Origin: an uncultured Gemmatimonadales bacterium
Lineage (GTDB): Bacteria; Gemmatimonadota; Gemmatimonadetes; Gemmatimonadales; GWC2-71-9
Assembly: GCA_963722825.1 (NCBI GenBank)
Contig: CAVROI010000003.1
Location: forward strand, 1,879,764 to 1,943,763
Direction of reading: 5' to 3'
DNA length: 64,000 nucleotides
Made by a program: the position numbers and the translations under genes. The notes under the pieces were generated by a model, which was not told the origin of the DNA, did no database searches, and saw nothing but the letters and a program-made list of their open reading frames with translations. Of the stretch, positions 47,660 to 56,532 are shown one piece after another. Every line of letters starts with the position of its first letter. Position 1 is the stretch's first letter.

Positions 47660-49091
47660 CGCCACCGTGCTCGCGTCGGCACCGTTCCCGCTCGCGCTCC
47701 GCAACTTCGTGCCGACCGGCCTGGCGTCCGAGCTCGAGGCACGCTTCGGGGTGCGGGTTCGGTTCGTATCGCCCTATGCCCAGCCCGAGTTTACCGATGG
47801 AGCCGGCCACTCGTTCCTCAACTTCGCGGTCGCGGCTTCCGCCGGGGCCAACGGCGTGCCCGCACTCGCTGGAGTCACCGCGCTCGATCGAGCATTGAAG
47901 AGCATCCATCTCACCGGCTTCGCGATGGAATATCCCGACGGCAGCCTCCAGAATCTCGAGCTCAGCCGCCGTCACTCGGCCCAGAACCAGGTCGCGCGCA
48001 TCCTCGCCATGCTGGCGCCGCGCGCCTCCGGACGCAGGCAATGGCTCAGGCGGGTTGCGGCCCTGTATCGTCCCGCCCGCCGACAGATTCAGGATGCCTT
48101 CGATCGGACGAATCCGGCGATGGTGCTCGTCGCCTCTCCCGGGCACTACTGGCTCGACCACTTTGTCCTTGACGAGGCCGCGCGCCGGCGGATTCCCAGC
48201 GTGTGCGTCGTCCTCAGCTGGGACAATCTCTACTCGCGCGGCCCGATGTGCCGCCGGCCGGACCATCTCCTTGTCTGGAGCGAGGAGATGCGGCGACAGG
48301 CGATGACGATCCACCAGTATCCGGAGAACCGGATCGGAGTGGTCGGCCCGCTCCAGTTCCGGTTCTACGCCGAGCCACCGACAGCGGAGGAGCTCGGCGC
48401 GATGCGCCGGCGGATCGGTCTCGGCCCGGCGGAGCCGTTTATCGCCTATGTGTGCGGCGTACGCACCGCGCGGTACGACGTCGAAGACGTGACCGCCATG
48501 CTCGATGCGCTCGCCCACGGCCCATACCGTGATTTCAAGGTGGTCGTTCGCCCTCATCCCCAGGGATCCCGCGAGGCATACGAGGCACTCAGAACCCGCG
48601 GAGTGCTGCTCGACCCGTCTCCGGATCTGACGCATGAGGAAGCCCAGCCCGAGGCGCTCGACACCGAGGCCATCCGCCACATGGCGAGTCTCCTCGACGG
48701 CGCCCACTTCGTGGTGAGTAGCTGGGGGACCACCGCGCTGCTCGAGGCCTGCATCTTCGACACGCCCAGCGTACAGCTTCGCTGGATGGACGCTCTGCCA
48801 CACAGCGTGCCGGAGGAAGTCCAGCTCGTCCGGGATTTCCAGCGATACATCCACATGCGGGCGTTCGACGCCACCGGCGCCCGACCCTACTGCGATCGGC
48901 CCGAGACGCTCAATGCGATTCTGGCCGATCTCGAATCTCGAGCCGACGAATTCTCCCGGAGACGGGCGGAGGCCGTCGGGCTCCTGGCTCACTTGCCGCT
49001 GGGCGACGTGGTCCAGCGAGTCTGCGAGAGACTCCGCCCCGTGCTCCCCCAGGCGACCGTACGGCCGCCGCTCGTGCAGGTGGCCCGATGA
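47652..49091 (+). CDS. Uncharacterised GT-B-like protein with an HP motif, a candidate CMP-ulosonate glycosyltransferase
   Basis: A soluble-looking 479-aa protein. VCVVLSWDNLYSRG, LLVWSEEMRRQ, and KVVVRPHPQGS are present (H302-P303, nt 48555-48560). Its organisation resembles sialyl/beta-Kdo/TagF-like transferases. The family assignment is inference. Confidence 0.45.
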   Translation: MPDATVLASAPFPLALRNFVPTGLASELEARFGVRVRFVSPYAQPEFTDGAGHSFLNFAVAASAGANGVPALAGVTALDRALKSIHLTGFAMEYPDGSLQNLELSRRHSAQNQVARILAMLAPRASGRRQWLRRVAALYRPARRQIQDAFDRTNPAMVLVASPGHYWLDHFVLDEAARRRIPSVCVVLSWDNLYSRGPMCRRPDHLLVWSEEMRRQAMTIHQYPENRIGVVGPLQFRFYAEPPTAEELGAMRRRIGLGPAEPFIAYVCGVRTARYDVEDVTAMLDALAHGPYRDFKVVVRPHPQGSREAYEALRTRGVLLDPSPDLTHEEAQPEALDTEAIRHMASLLDGAHFVVSSWGTTALLEACIFDTPSVQLRWMDALPHSVPEEVQLVRDFQRYIHMRAFDATGARPYCDRPETLNAILADLESRADEFSRRRAEAVGLLAHLPLGDVVQRVCERLRPVLPQATVRPPLVQVAR

Positions 49092-50554
49092 CTTTCTTTC
49101 TGGTGAGCGTGATAGGCTATACCGCGCTGGTCGCCTGGCTCGCCGATCGGGTCCAGGCGACTCCGGCGGAATGGGCCTTCACTCTTGGGCACCTGGTCCT
49201 CGCGGCAGCCCTCAACGCCTACCTTCTCCGTGTGGCGCGGTTGCGATCGCTCAGCCTGCTCGGTTCCGCGCCGCTCGTGTTTCTGCTCGTCTCGCAGATC
49301 TACTTCACCGTCAACGGCCTCAAGTACTTCTCACCGATCCTGCTCTTCCCTCAGTTCGAGCTCAGCCTGGGGGCGCAATTCCTCGGGTCGGTGGCCGGGG
49401 GAGTGGTGCTGTTCCTGTGCGCGAGCCTGCTGCTCTGGCAGCGAGGACCGACCTCGGAGCGGATGCTGGACTGGCTCAAGGTCAACCGTGCGGACCTCCG
49501 CCGACTCATGGTGGTCACCTCACTCGGCTCGCTCGGCTCGAAGGCTCTCCTGATTTGGCTGGGATACGGCTCCGCGTACACCGACACCGCCTACAACGAG
49601 GCCGCGGTGCGCAGCTACGGAGACTTCTTCATTCTCCTCGCCAACGACACCTTTGGCCTCCTGTCGATGTATCTCGGGCTGGTATTCCTCCTCCGGCCGC
49701 GCGGCCGGGACCGCTACCGGCCGCTCTCGGTGATGATCGCGCTGGCGGCCTTCATGGCGCATTTCCTTTATGCCCTCGTGTACCTTCGGGCGAGAATGAT
49801 TCTTCTGGTGGCCTTCGTGATGTTCGCTGCCGCCTCGGAAGTCCGGTCGCGGAAGCTGGCTGAACGCGCGCTCAAGACCATGTTCGTCTCCCTGCCCGCC
49901 CTATCGATGCTTGGGGTTCAGCTCACGCTTCTCCTGGGGCGAGTGAACCTTCCGGAAGACACCAGTACGCGATTGGCGATCGCAGCCGTGAACCGGCGGG
50001 CCGACCTCACGGATTTCGCGACGGCCATCGTCGTAAATTCGGGCGGGCAGGCCCACGATGCAGGAATCATCACGTCGGCAATTCTGAACGCCGTGCCGCG
50101 CGTGCTCCTGCCGGACAAGGAAGCGCTCGTCAAGGATGTCTACTCGGACGTCCTGGGCAAGTATCTCGGGTGGCCCGCCTACGTCGATCACCAGATCGTC
50201 GAGGACTATCAGGATTCGGCGTTCAGCGCAGGGGTGATGTCGCTGGGGATACCCGGTTTCGTGCTGGTGCCCATGGGGCTGATCCTGCTCTTCTACGCCG
50301 TCTCCCGCTGGCTGGAGCGTAAGGTGAGCGGGCCCGCCTACGGGCTGGCGATGATGGCGCTCTGGCTTTCCGCCCTGCGGGTCGAGATAGAGTGGGCCAA
50401 CATTCCTTTCAGTTTTCGTCAGGCGCTGATGATCGGGTTGGCGAGTTGGATCCTGCTGGCAACCATCCGCTCGCTCCACGGGGCGCTGGTCGTCGCTGCG
50501 GGGCCACGGCGACCGCTGATCGGGGCGGCACTTCCACGCGACGCCGAGGCCTGA
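49088..50554 (+). CDS. Polytopic membrane protein, probable O-antigen/EPS polymerase (Wzy-like)
   Basis: More than 10 hydrophobic segments and a large loop. It sits in a Wzx-containing cluster and its ATGA overlaps the upstream gene. Wzy families are too divergent for a motif call. Confidence 0.55.
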   Translation: MTFFLVSVIGYTALVAWLADRVQATPAEWAFTLGHLVLAAALNAYLLRVARLRSLSLLGSAPLVFLLVSQIYFTVNGLKYFSPILLFPQFELSLGAQFLGSVAGGVVLFLCASLLLWQRGPTSERMLDWLKVNRADLRRLMVVTSLGSLGSKALLIWLGYGSAYTDTAYNEAAVRSYGDFFILLANDTFGLLSMYLGLVFLLRPRGRDRYRPLSVMIALAAFMAHFLYALVYLRARMILLVAFVMFAAASEVRSRKLAERALKTMFVSLPALSMLGVQLTLLLGRVNLPEDTSTRLAIAAVNRRADLTDFATAIVVNSGGQAHDAGIITSAILNAVPRVLLPDKEALVKDVYSDVLGKYLGWPAYVDHQIVEDYQDSAFSAGVMSLGIPGFVLVPMGLILLFYAVSRWLERKVSGPAYGLAMMALWLSALRVEIEWANIPFSFRQALMIGLASWILLATIRSLHGALVVAAGPRRPLIGAALPRDAEA

Positions 50555-50556
50555 GG

Positions 50557-51381
50557 ATGGCGGTCTCGCGCGATTTCACCAACCGGTTGACCTGGGAAGA
50601 GAAGGCCCGCAAGAATCCCTTGTGGGCCGTCATGTCGGTCGACGAGTTCGCCGGCGCCGACGGCGAGCCGGCATCATGGACGCCGGAACAGCTGGCGCTC
50701 TTCTTCGGGAAGGGCCGGTCGCTGTTCGAGATCTTCATCCGGCCGGCGCTGCTGCGCGCCGGGCTCGTGCCCGGACAGGCATTCGTCCTGGAGTACGGCA
50801 GCGGGATGGGGCGGGTACTCAAGGCGGTGCACGACGCGGGATACCGGTGCGCCGGAGTAGACATATCGGAGACAATGCTGCGGCACAGCCGCCGGCTCGT
50901 CCCCGAGGTCGATGAGTTGTACGCTCTGCCATCGGATGGTCGGATCCCTGTGGCCGACGGATCGGTCGACTACGTGTACTCCTACGCGGTCCTGCAGCAC
51001 ATCGAGCGTCGCGGGCTGGTCCGTAAAGCGGTTGGGGAAATGTGCCGTGTTCTCAAGCGGGGCGGGTTGATCCGGCTGCAGTTTCAGCCCGGCTCCATGC
51101 CGTTCGGCGGCAGGCTGCACGGGGTTACCCACGCGGTCAACCTCGAGCATCGCAGTCTCGTCTTTCGGTGGGTCGATCTTCGGAGACGCTGGTCTGTGCC
51201 GGCATGGATACCGCCGCTGCCGGTGGTTCTTCTGCAGCGACACAATCACTGGAGCGGCGTCCCGCTCAGTTGGCGAACGATGAGACATTTCCTCAAGGAG
51301 GGCGGCGTCCGGCTCCTGAGTCTCGAGCGCGACGCGACTGCCGAGTGGAACAGTGTCTGGTTGCTGGGAAGGAAGGGATAG
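50557..51381 (+). CDS. Class I SAM-dependent methyltransferase
   Basis: Motif I is VLEYGSGMGRV. VDYVYSYAVLQHI and LKRGGLIRLQF are present. The ATG lies 3 nt after the previous stop. Confidence 0.8.
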   Translation: MAVSRDFTNRLTWEEKARKNPLWAVMSVDEFAGADGEPASWTPEQLALFFGKGRSLFEIFIRPALLRAGLVPGQAFVLEYGSGMGRVLKAVHDAGYRCAGVDISETMLRHSRRLVPEVDELYALPSDGRIPVADGSVDYVYSYAVLQHIERRGLVRKAVGEMCRVLKRGGLIRLQFQPGSMPFGGRLHGVTHAVNLEHRSLVFRWVDLRRRWSVPAWIPPLPVVLLQRHNHWSGVPLSWRTMRHFLKEGGVRLLSLERDATAEWNSVWLLGRKG

Positions 51382-52628
51382 TGGCGGCGCCGAGCGCTCC
51401 CGCTGGAGTCCAGACCGGCTCAGCCGCGGTGGCTGCTGAGTCGCCGTGGGCCGGCCAGGGTATCGTCGCGCTCACCAACGCCTGGCCGCCGATGGCCGCG
51501 GGCACCGGCTTCGCGTTCCGCGGGCTGATGGCGGATCTCCCTCACGCCATCGTTCTAGCGCCGACAGCCGCGGCGGCGACATTCCCCGGCGGGCCGCACA
51601 TCCTTCCCATCCTGCGATTCAGCGGGCGTGCCGGTGGTCCGCTCAAGGTCTTCAGCCTGCTTCAGCACCTCGAGGTGATTCTGGCCCCGATAGCATGGTG
51701 CGCCATGCCGGGGCGCCCCAGGCCGGCCGTACTCGTCTGCGTGCAACCACTCTTCTGCGGCGTGGGTGGCCTTCTCGCGAAGCGTGTGCTGGGCATTCCA
51801 TTCGTCGTTCTCCTCCACGGGGAGGAGCTGGCACTGTTCCGGCACTCGACCTCGCGCTTCGATATCCGGGCTCGTCTGCTCCGGGCGACGCTGCGAGCCG
51901 CATCGGCGTTGATCTGCAACTCCCAGAACACCAGGCGGCTCGCACTCGAAGCCTATGGTGTGCCAGAGGAGAAACTCCACGTCATCCACCCATCCGTGAA
52001 CGTCGAAGGACGACGGACACCGTCACCCGAGGAAGCGTCGGCTCTTCGGCGGGGACTGGTGGGAGAGGGCAGAATGGTCCTGATGGTGGGTCGCCTCGCG
52101 GAGACCCACAAGGGATTCGACACGGCGATCGCGGCGATGCCGGCCGTCCTGCGCGAGGTACCCGACTGCGTGCTGGTCATCGCCGGCCCCGGCGACCAGC
52201 GTCGCCTGCGCGGGCTCGCGAAAGACGGAGGCGTCGGCGAGCGAGTCCGGCTCCTCGGTCAGGTCGGCCCATCCGAGCTCGACACGCTCTACTCGGCGTG
52301 CGACCTGTTCCTCCTACCCGGCAGAGAAATCGAGACCACCGCCGAGGGATTTGGCATCGTATTTCTGGAGGCGGCGCTGGCCGGAAAGCCAGTGATCGGG
52401 GGCCGGGCGGGGGGTGTGCCCGAGGCGGTAGCCGACGGGCAGACGGGAATTCTGGTAGACGGCACCTCGAGTGCTGCCGTCGCAGAGGCCGTGGTGCGTC
52501 TTCTGAGAGACTCGGAATATGCGCACCGGCTCGGGATGCAGGGCCGGCGGCGCGTGCAGCAGGAGTTCGACGGACGGCGCCAGCGTCAAAGATTCGCCGA
52601 GGTCGTCGGCGGAGCTCGAAGGGCTTAG
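51381..52628 (+). CDS. Glycosyltransferase family 4 (GT-B, retaining type)
   Basis: LMVGRLAETHKGFD, LLGQV, and EGFGIVFLEAALAGKPVIGGRAGGVPEAV form the EX7E region. The GTG start overlaps the previous stop. Confidence 0.85.
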   Translation: MAAPSAPAGVQTGSAAVAAESPWAGQGIVALTNAWPPMAAGTGFAFRGLMADLPHAIVLAPTAAAATFPGGPHILPILRFSGRAGGPLKVFSLLQHLEVILAPIAWCAMPGRPRPAVLVCVQPLFCGVGGLLAKRVLGIPFVVLLHGEELALFRHSTSRFDIRARLLRATLRAASALICNSQNTRRLALEAYGVPEEKLHVIHPSVNVEGRRTPSPEEASALRRGLVGEGRMVLMVGRLAETHKGFDTAIAAMPAVLREVPDCVLVIAGPGDQRRLRGLAKDGGVGERVRLLGQVGPSELDTLYSACDLFLLPGREIETTAEGFGIVFLEAALAGKPVIGGRAGGVPEAVADGQTGILVDGTSSAAVAEAVVRLLRDSEYAHRLGMQGRRRVQQEFDGRRQRQRFAEVVGGARRA

Positions 52629-52634
52629 GAGGGA

Positions 52635-53651
52635 ATGGTTGAGGCCGTGATCCCTCGCGCCAGCATCATCGTTCGCACCTACAACCGGCCGCGATTGCTC
52701 GAACGCTGCCTTCGCGGCCTTCTGGGCCAATCACCCGAGAGCCCGCCACATGAGATCGTGGTCGTGGACGACTGCTCCGATCCCGAGACCAGCACGGTGA
52801 TGGCCGGATTCCGCGGGTCGGCGACAAACCTGACGTGCATTCGACATGAAGTGAACCGTGGGCGGTCCGGCGCGCTTACGACCGGCATCGATGCCGCCAA
52901 CGGCGAGATTCTGCTGTTCGTGGACGATGACGTAATGGTGGGTCCCGAATACGTGGCAGCCCACGTGCGCGCCCACGAGGCCGCCTCCTCGCCGGTGGCG
53001 GTAATGGGGAATCTCCTGTTCCCGCCCGGCATCGTCGAGGGGAGCAACTATGCCAAGTACCTCCAATCGCGGTATCTCGGAGGTCGCTCCCTGGAGTCGC
53101 TGGAGAAGCTCGGACCGTCGAATCTGCATCCGAGGTTCCTCATCGGCGCGGCGGCGTCAATCCGCAAGGCGGACCTGCAGCGCGCGGGCTCGCTCAGCGG
53201 AATGGCCAACTCCTATGGATTCGAGGATCATATCCTGGCGCACGCGCTCCACCGACTGGGCATTCGTATCGTTTTTGCCCCCGAGGCGCGAGCGGAGCAT
53301 CATGACTCCGTCGCACTGGCGTGGTACCGTGCCAAACTCCAGGAAGCGGCGCGAGACGGCATCCCGATGCTGCGACGGCGAGCGCCGGAGTTCCTCGAGG
53401 AGACCGCCTACGCCAAGCTCCTGCCGGCGGACTGGTCGGAAGACGGGGCCGGGCGTCTCGTGGTCAAGACGCTCCTGCGCGCCGCGCTCAATCCGCTGAC
53501 AATCCTGGCTCTCGAGGCCTGGGCTCGAGCCACCGATCGAATCGGCTGGTTGTACCAGCCGACCGTCTATCGTGCCCTCAGCGCGGGGTGGTTTCTTCAG
53601 GGCCTGCGCATGCAGCCCGACGGCGGTCGCCTCGTGGTCTACGGAGACTGA
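52635..53651 (+). CDS. Glycosyltransferase family 2
   Basis: ASIIVRTYNRPRLLERCLRGLLGQ, EIVVVDDCSD and LLFVDDDV (a DxD-like motif) are present. Confidence 0.85.
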   Translation: MVEAVIPRASIIVRTYNRPRLLERCLRGLLGQSPESPPHEIVVVDDCSDPETSTVMAGFRGSATNLTCIRHEVNRGRSGALTTGIDAANGEILLFVDDDVMVGPEYVAAHVRAHEAASSPVAVMGNLLFPPGIVEGSNYAKYLQSRYLGGRSLESLEKLGPSNLHPRFLIGAAASIRKADLQRAGSLSGMANSYGFEDHILAHALHRLGIRIVFAPEARAEHHDSVALAWYRAKLQEAARDGIPMLRRRAPEFLEETAYAKLLPADWSEDGAGRLVVKTLLRAALNPLTILALEAWARATDRIGWLYQPTVYRALSAGWFLQGLRMQPDGGRLVVYGD

Positions 53652-53673
53652 GCTGGAGCCCGTCCAGCTGGAC

Positions 53674-54486
53674 GTGTCGGTCGTCGCCTTCCATCCCGAC
53701 CTGGCCGAGCTCGAGCGGGCACTCCGCTCCCTTCGAGCGGCGCTTGTCGAAGCCATGACCGCAGGAGTGGTCTCGCGGTCGATCGTCTGGCTGATCGACA
53801 ACGGATCGGATGACCCTGCCGCCCTCGACCGCGTCGTCGCCGGGGCCCTCCCGAATGAGGACCAGCGCGTTGCCCTGACGACGCTGCGGGGTCAGGGGAA
53901 TGTCGGCTTCGGTCGAGCCCATGATCTGGCCATTCGCGACTCCTCTTCATCCTATCATCTCGTTCTCAATCCCGACGTGGTGCTGGCTCCGGACGCCGTG
54001 CGCGAAGGCATTCGATACCTCGAGTCCCATCCAAGTGCCGGGCTCCTCACTCCCCACGCTGTGGACGATGACGGCCATCGGTTGTACCTGTGCAAGCGGT
54101 ACCCTTCCGCCGCCATCCTCGCGTTGCGAGGCTTCGCGCCGGCCTGGCTCCGCCGACCATTCCGTGCGCAGCTCGATCGTTATGAAATGCGGGATCTGAC
54201 CGAGCACGAGGTCGCGACCGGAATTCCTATTGCCAGCGGCTGCTTCATGCTGGCGCGAGGTGATCTGCTGCGCGACCTCGGCGGATTCTCCACGCGCTAC
54301 TTTCTCTATTTCGAGGATTTCGACCTGAGCCTCCGCCTCGGCCGGGTGGCGGACATCGTCTACATGCCCCAGGTCCGCATCGTTCACTCCGGCGGCGAAG
54401 CCGCGCGGAAGGGGTGGGCTCACCGGCGCATGTTCATCCGCTCGGCGATCACCTTCTTTCGCCGGAACGGATGGAAGATCTTTTGA
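53674..54486 (+). CDS. Glycosyltransferase family 2 (rhamnosyltransferase-like)
   Basis: VSVVAFHPD, WLIDNGSDD, NVGFGRAHD, LNPDVVL and YFEDFDLSLR are present. I propose the GTG at 53674 just after the previous stop. The track start at 53572 overlaps by 80 nt. Confidence 0.75.
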   Translation: MSVVAFHPDLAELERALRSLRAALVEAMTAGVVSRSIVWLIDNGSDDPAALDRVVAGALPNEDQRVALTTLRGQGNVGFGRAHDLAIRDSSSSYHLVLNPDVVLAPDAVREGIRYLESHPSAGLLTPHAVDDDGHRLYLCKRYPSAAILALRGFAPAWLRRPFRAQLDRYEMRDLTEHEVATGIPIASGCFMLARGDLLRDLGGFSTRYFLYFEDFDLSLRLGRVADIVYMPQVRIVHSGGEAARKGWAHRRMFIRSAITFFRRNGWKIF

Positions 54487-55436
54487 CCCGTCCCCTGCCG
54501 ACTCGAGTCCTGGTCACCGGGGCCACCGGGTTCGTCGGACGTCACATGTGCGCGGAGCTCCTGAGTGCGGGGGTACCGGTTCGCTCGCTCGTTCGAGGCA
54601 CTGGCGGCGAGGCGCCCGCGGGAACCGAGCCAGCAATCGTCTCCGGCCTCGACGACGTCGCCGGTCTCGAGCGGGCGCTCGCCGGGGTGGAGGGTGTGGT
54701 CCATCTTGCGGCCCACGTCCATCAGCAGGGCCCCCGCGCGGCGAATGATCCGCGGTTCTCCGTCGTGAATGTCGAAGGGACCCGGCGCCTGATGGAGATT
54801 GGCATCGCCGCCGGCGTTCGTGATTTCGTCCTGGCCAGCACCGTGAAGGTGATCGGGGAGGGGAGTACGGAACTCTGGACGGAAGACACACCGGCCCAGC
54901 CTGAGGATGCCTACGGCGCGAGCAAGCTCGAGGCTGAGCGGCTGGTTCGTGACCTTGCCCTGAGACACGGCATCCACGCTCCGATTCTTCGCTTTCCCAT
55001 GGTGTACGGCCCCGGGATGAAAGCGAATATCCTTCGGCTCTACCGCGCGGTGGATCGGGGGATTCCGCTTCCTCTCGCTTCGATTCGGAATCGCCGTAGC
55101 TTCCTCTTTGTGGGCAATCTGACTGCTGCCGTGATCGCGACGCTGAGGAGCGAGGGCGGAAACGAGACCTTTTTCGTCACCGATGGGCAGGACCTCAGCG
55201 TGCCCGAGCTCATCTCCGGTATCGCGCGCGCACTGAACCGACCAGCCCGGCTCCTCCCTGTCCCCGCCGCTCTGCTGCGCGCCTTGCCTTCCCCGGCCAT
55301 GCGCAGGCTGACCGGATCGCTCAGGGCCGACTCCTCCAAGCTCGCCCGTTTGACCGGGTTTCACCCGCCGTACTCCGCCGACGCGGGCCTCGAGATGACG
55401 GCGGCATGGTACCGCACCTACGGGCGGACAGCGTGA
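54471..55436 (+). CDS. NAD-dependent sugar-nucleotide epimerase/reductase (WbpK-like position)
   Basis: VLVTGATGFVGRHM and the YGASKLEAE (YxxxK) motif are present. It lies immediately upstream of the WbpL/WecA-like gene. Confidence 0.8.
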   Translation: MEDLLTRPLPTRVLVTGATGFVGRHMCAELLSAGVPVRSLVRGTGGEAPAGTEPAIVSGLDDVAGLERALAGVEGVVHLAAHVHQQGPRAANDPRFSVVNVEGTRRLMEIGIAAGVRDFVLASTVKVIGEGSTELWTEDTPAQPEDAYGASKLEAERLVRDLALRHGIHAPILRFPMVYGPGMKANILRLYRAVDRGIPLPLASIRNRRSFLFVGNLTAAVIATLRSEGGNETFFVTDGQDLSVPELISGIARALNRPARLLPVPAALLRALPSPAMRRLTGSLRADSSKLARLTGFHPPYSADAGLEMTAAWYRTYGRTA

Positions 55437-56482
55437 CGGCGGTCCTGGCTCCGGTCTTCGCCGCGGCGGCCGGTGCAACCGTGATTCTCACCAGCGTCGT
55501 CCGACGCTACGCCATCGCGCATTCCGTCATCGACCTGCCGAACGAGCGCAGCTCGCACGTGGCGGCGACCCCTCGGGGCGGGGGACTCGCCATCGTCGCC
55601 GTCGTCCTTGCCGGACTCATCGGGTTGACTGCCATCGAGGTGGTGCCGGTCGAGGTCGGTGTCGCGCTCGGAGGGGGAGGTGTGGTCGTGGCGATCGCCG
55701 GCTGGCTCGACGACCGGAGGCGAGTCCAGGCCGGAGGGCGGTTTGCCGCCCACCTGCTGGCGGCCGCATGGACGGTCTGGTGGTTGGGCGGCATGCCGTC
55801 TCTGGTCCTGGGGCCCGCTACCATCTCGCTCGGCCTGGCCGGGGCGGTGCTGGCCGGTTTGGCGATCGCCTGGGCGATCAACCTCTACAACTTCATGGAC
55901 GGCATCGATGGCCTCGCCGCCGGGGAGGCCCTGCTCGTGGGGCTGATCGGCACTGGACTGCTGGCATCGCGAAGCCCATCGCTGGCCGCCCTGTCGGCGC
56001 TCGTGGCCGGTTCGGCGGCAGGATTCCTTCCCTGGAACTGGTCGCCGGCGCGCATCTTTCTCGGCGATGTGGGCTCCGGGTTTCTGGGTTACTTCTTTGG
56101 CGCTCTCGCGCTCGCAAGCGAGCGGTCCGGCGCACTCCCTGCCGTGATCTGGGTTCTTCTGCTGGGCGTATTCTTCGTCGATGCCACCGTCACCCTCGTG
56201 ATCCGGATGATCCGCCGCGAGCGATGGTATTCGGCGCATCGCAGCCACGCCTACCAGCGAGGCGTACAAAGCGGATGGACCCATCGCCAGGTGGCAGTTG
56301 GGGCCCTCATCATCACATCGGTTCTGGGCGGTCTGGCCTGGCTGGCCGAAATCGATCCGAGGTACCTGCCAGGGTCGCTCGTGTTAGCCGCCGTGGGCCT
56401 TGCGGCGGTTTACCGGGCGGTCGTGAGGCGGCCGGCCGGCGTAACCCCGACCAGCGATCCGGTGGAAAACTCCGTCCGCTAA
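55433..56482 (+). CDS. Polyprenyl-phosphate N-acetylhexosamine-1-phosphate transferase (MraY/WecA/WbpL family), the initiating enzyme
   Basis: About 11 TM helices. ERSSH, NLYNFMDGIDGLAAGEA and IFLGDVGSGFLGY are present. GTGA overlaps the upstream gene. Confidence 0.85.
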   Translation: MTAVLAPVFAAAAGATVILTSVVRRYAIAHSVIDLPNERSSHVAATPRGGGLAIVAVVLAGLIGLTAIEVVPVEVGVALGGGGVVVAIAGWLDDRRRVQAGGRFAAHLLAAAWTVWWLGGMPSLVLGPATISLGLAGAVLAGLAIAWAINLYNFMDGIDGLAAGEALLVGLIGTGLLASRSPSLAALSALVAGSAAGFLPWNWSPARIFLGDVGSGFLGYFFGALALASERSGALPAVIWVLLLGVFFVDATVTLVIRMIRRERWYSAHRSHAYQRGVQSGWTHRQVAVGALIITSVLGGLAWLAEIDPRYLPGSLVLAAVGLAAVYRAVVRRPAGVTPTSDPVENSVR

Positions 56483-56532
56483 GTCTATGTTCCTGCGCCC
56501 GAGCAAGAGGACACAGCTGACGGGGTGACATC

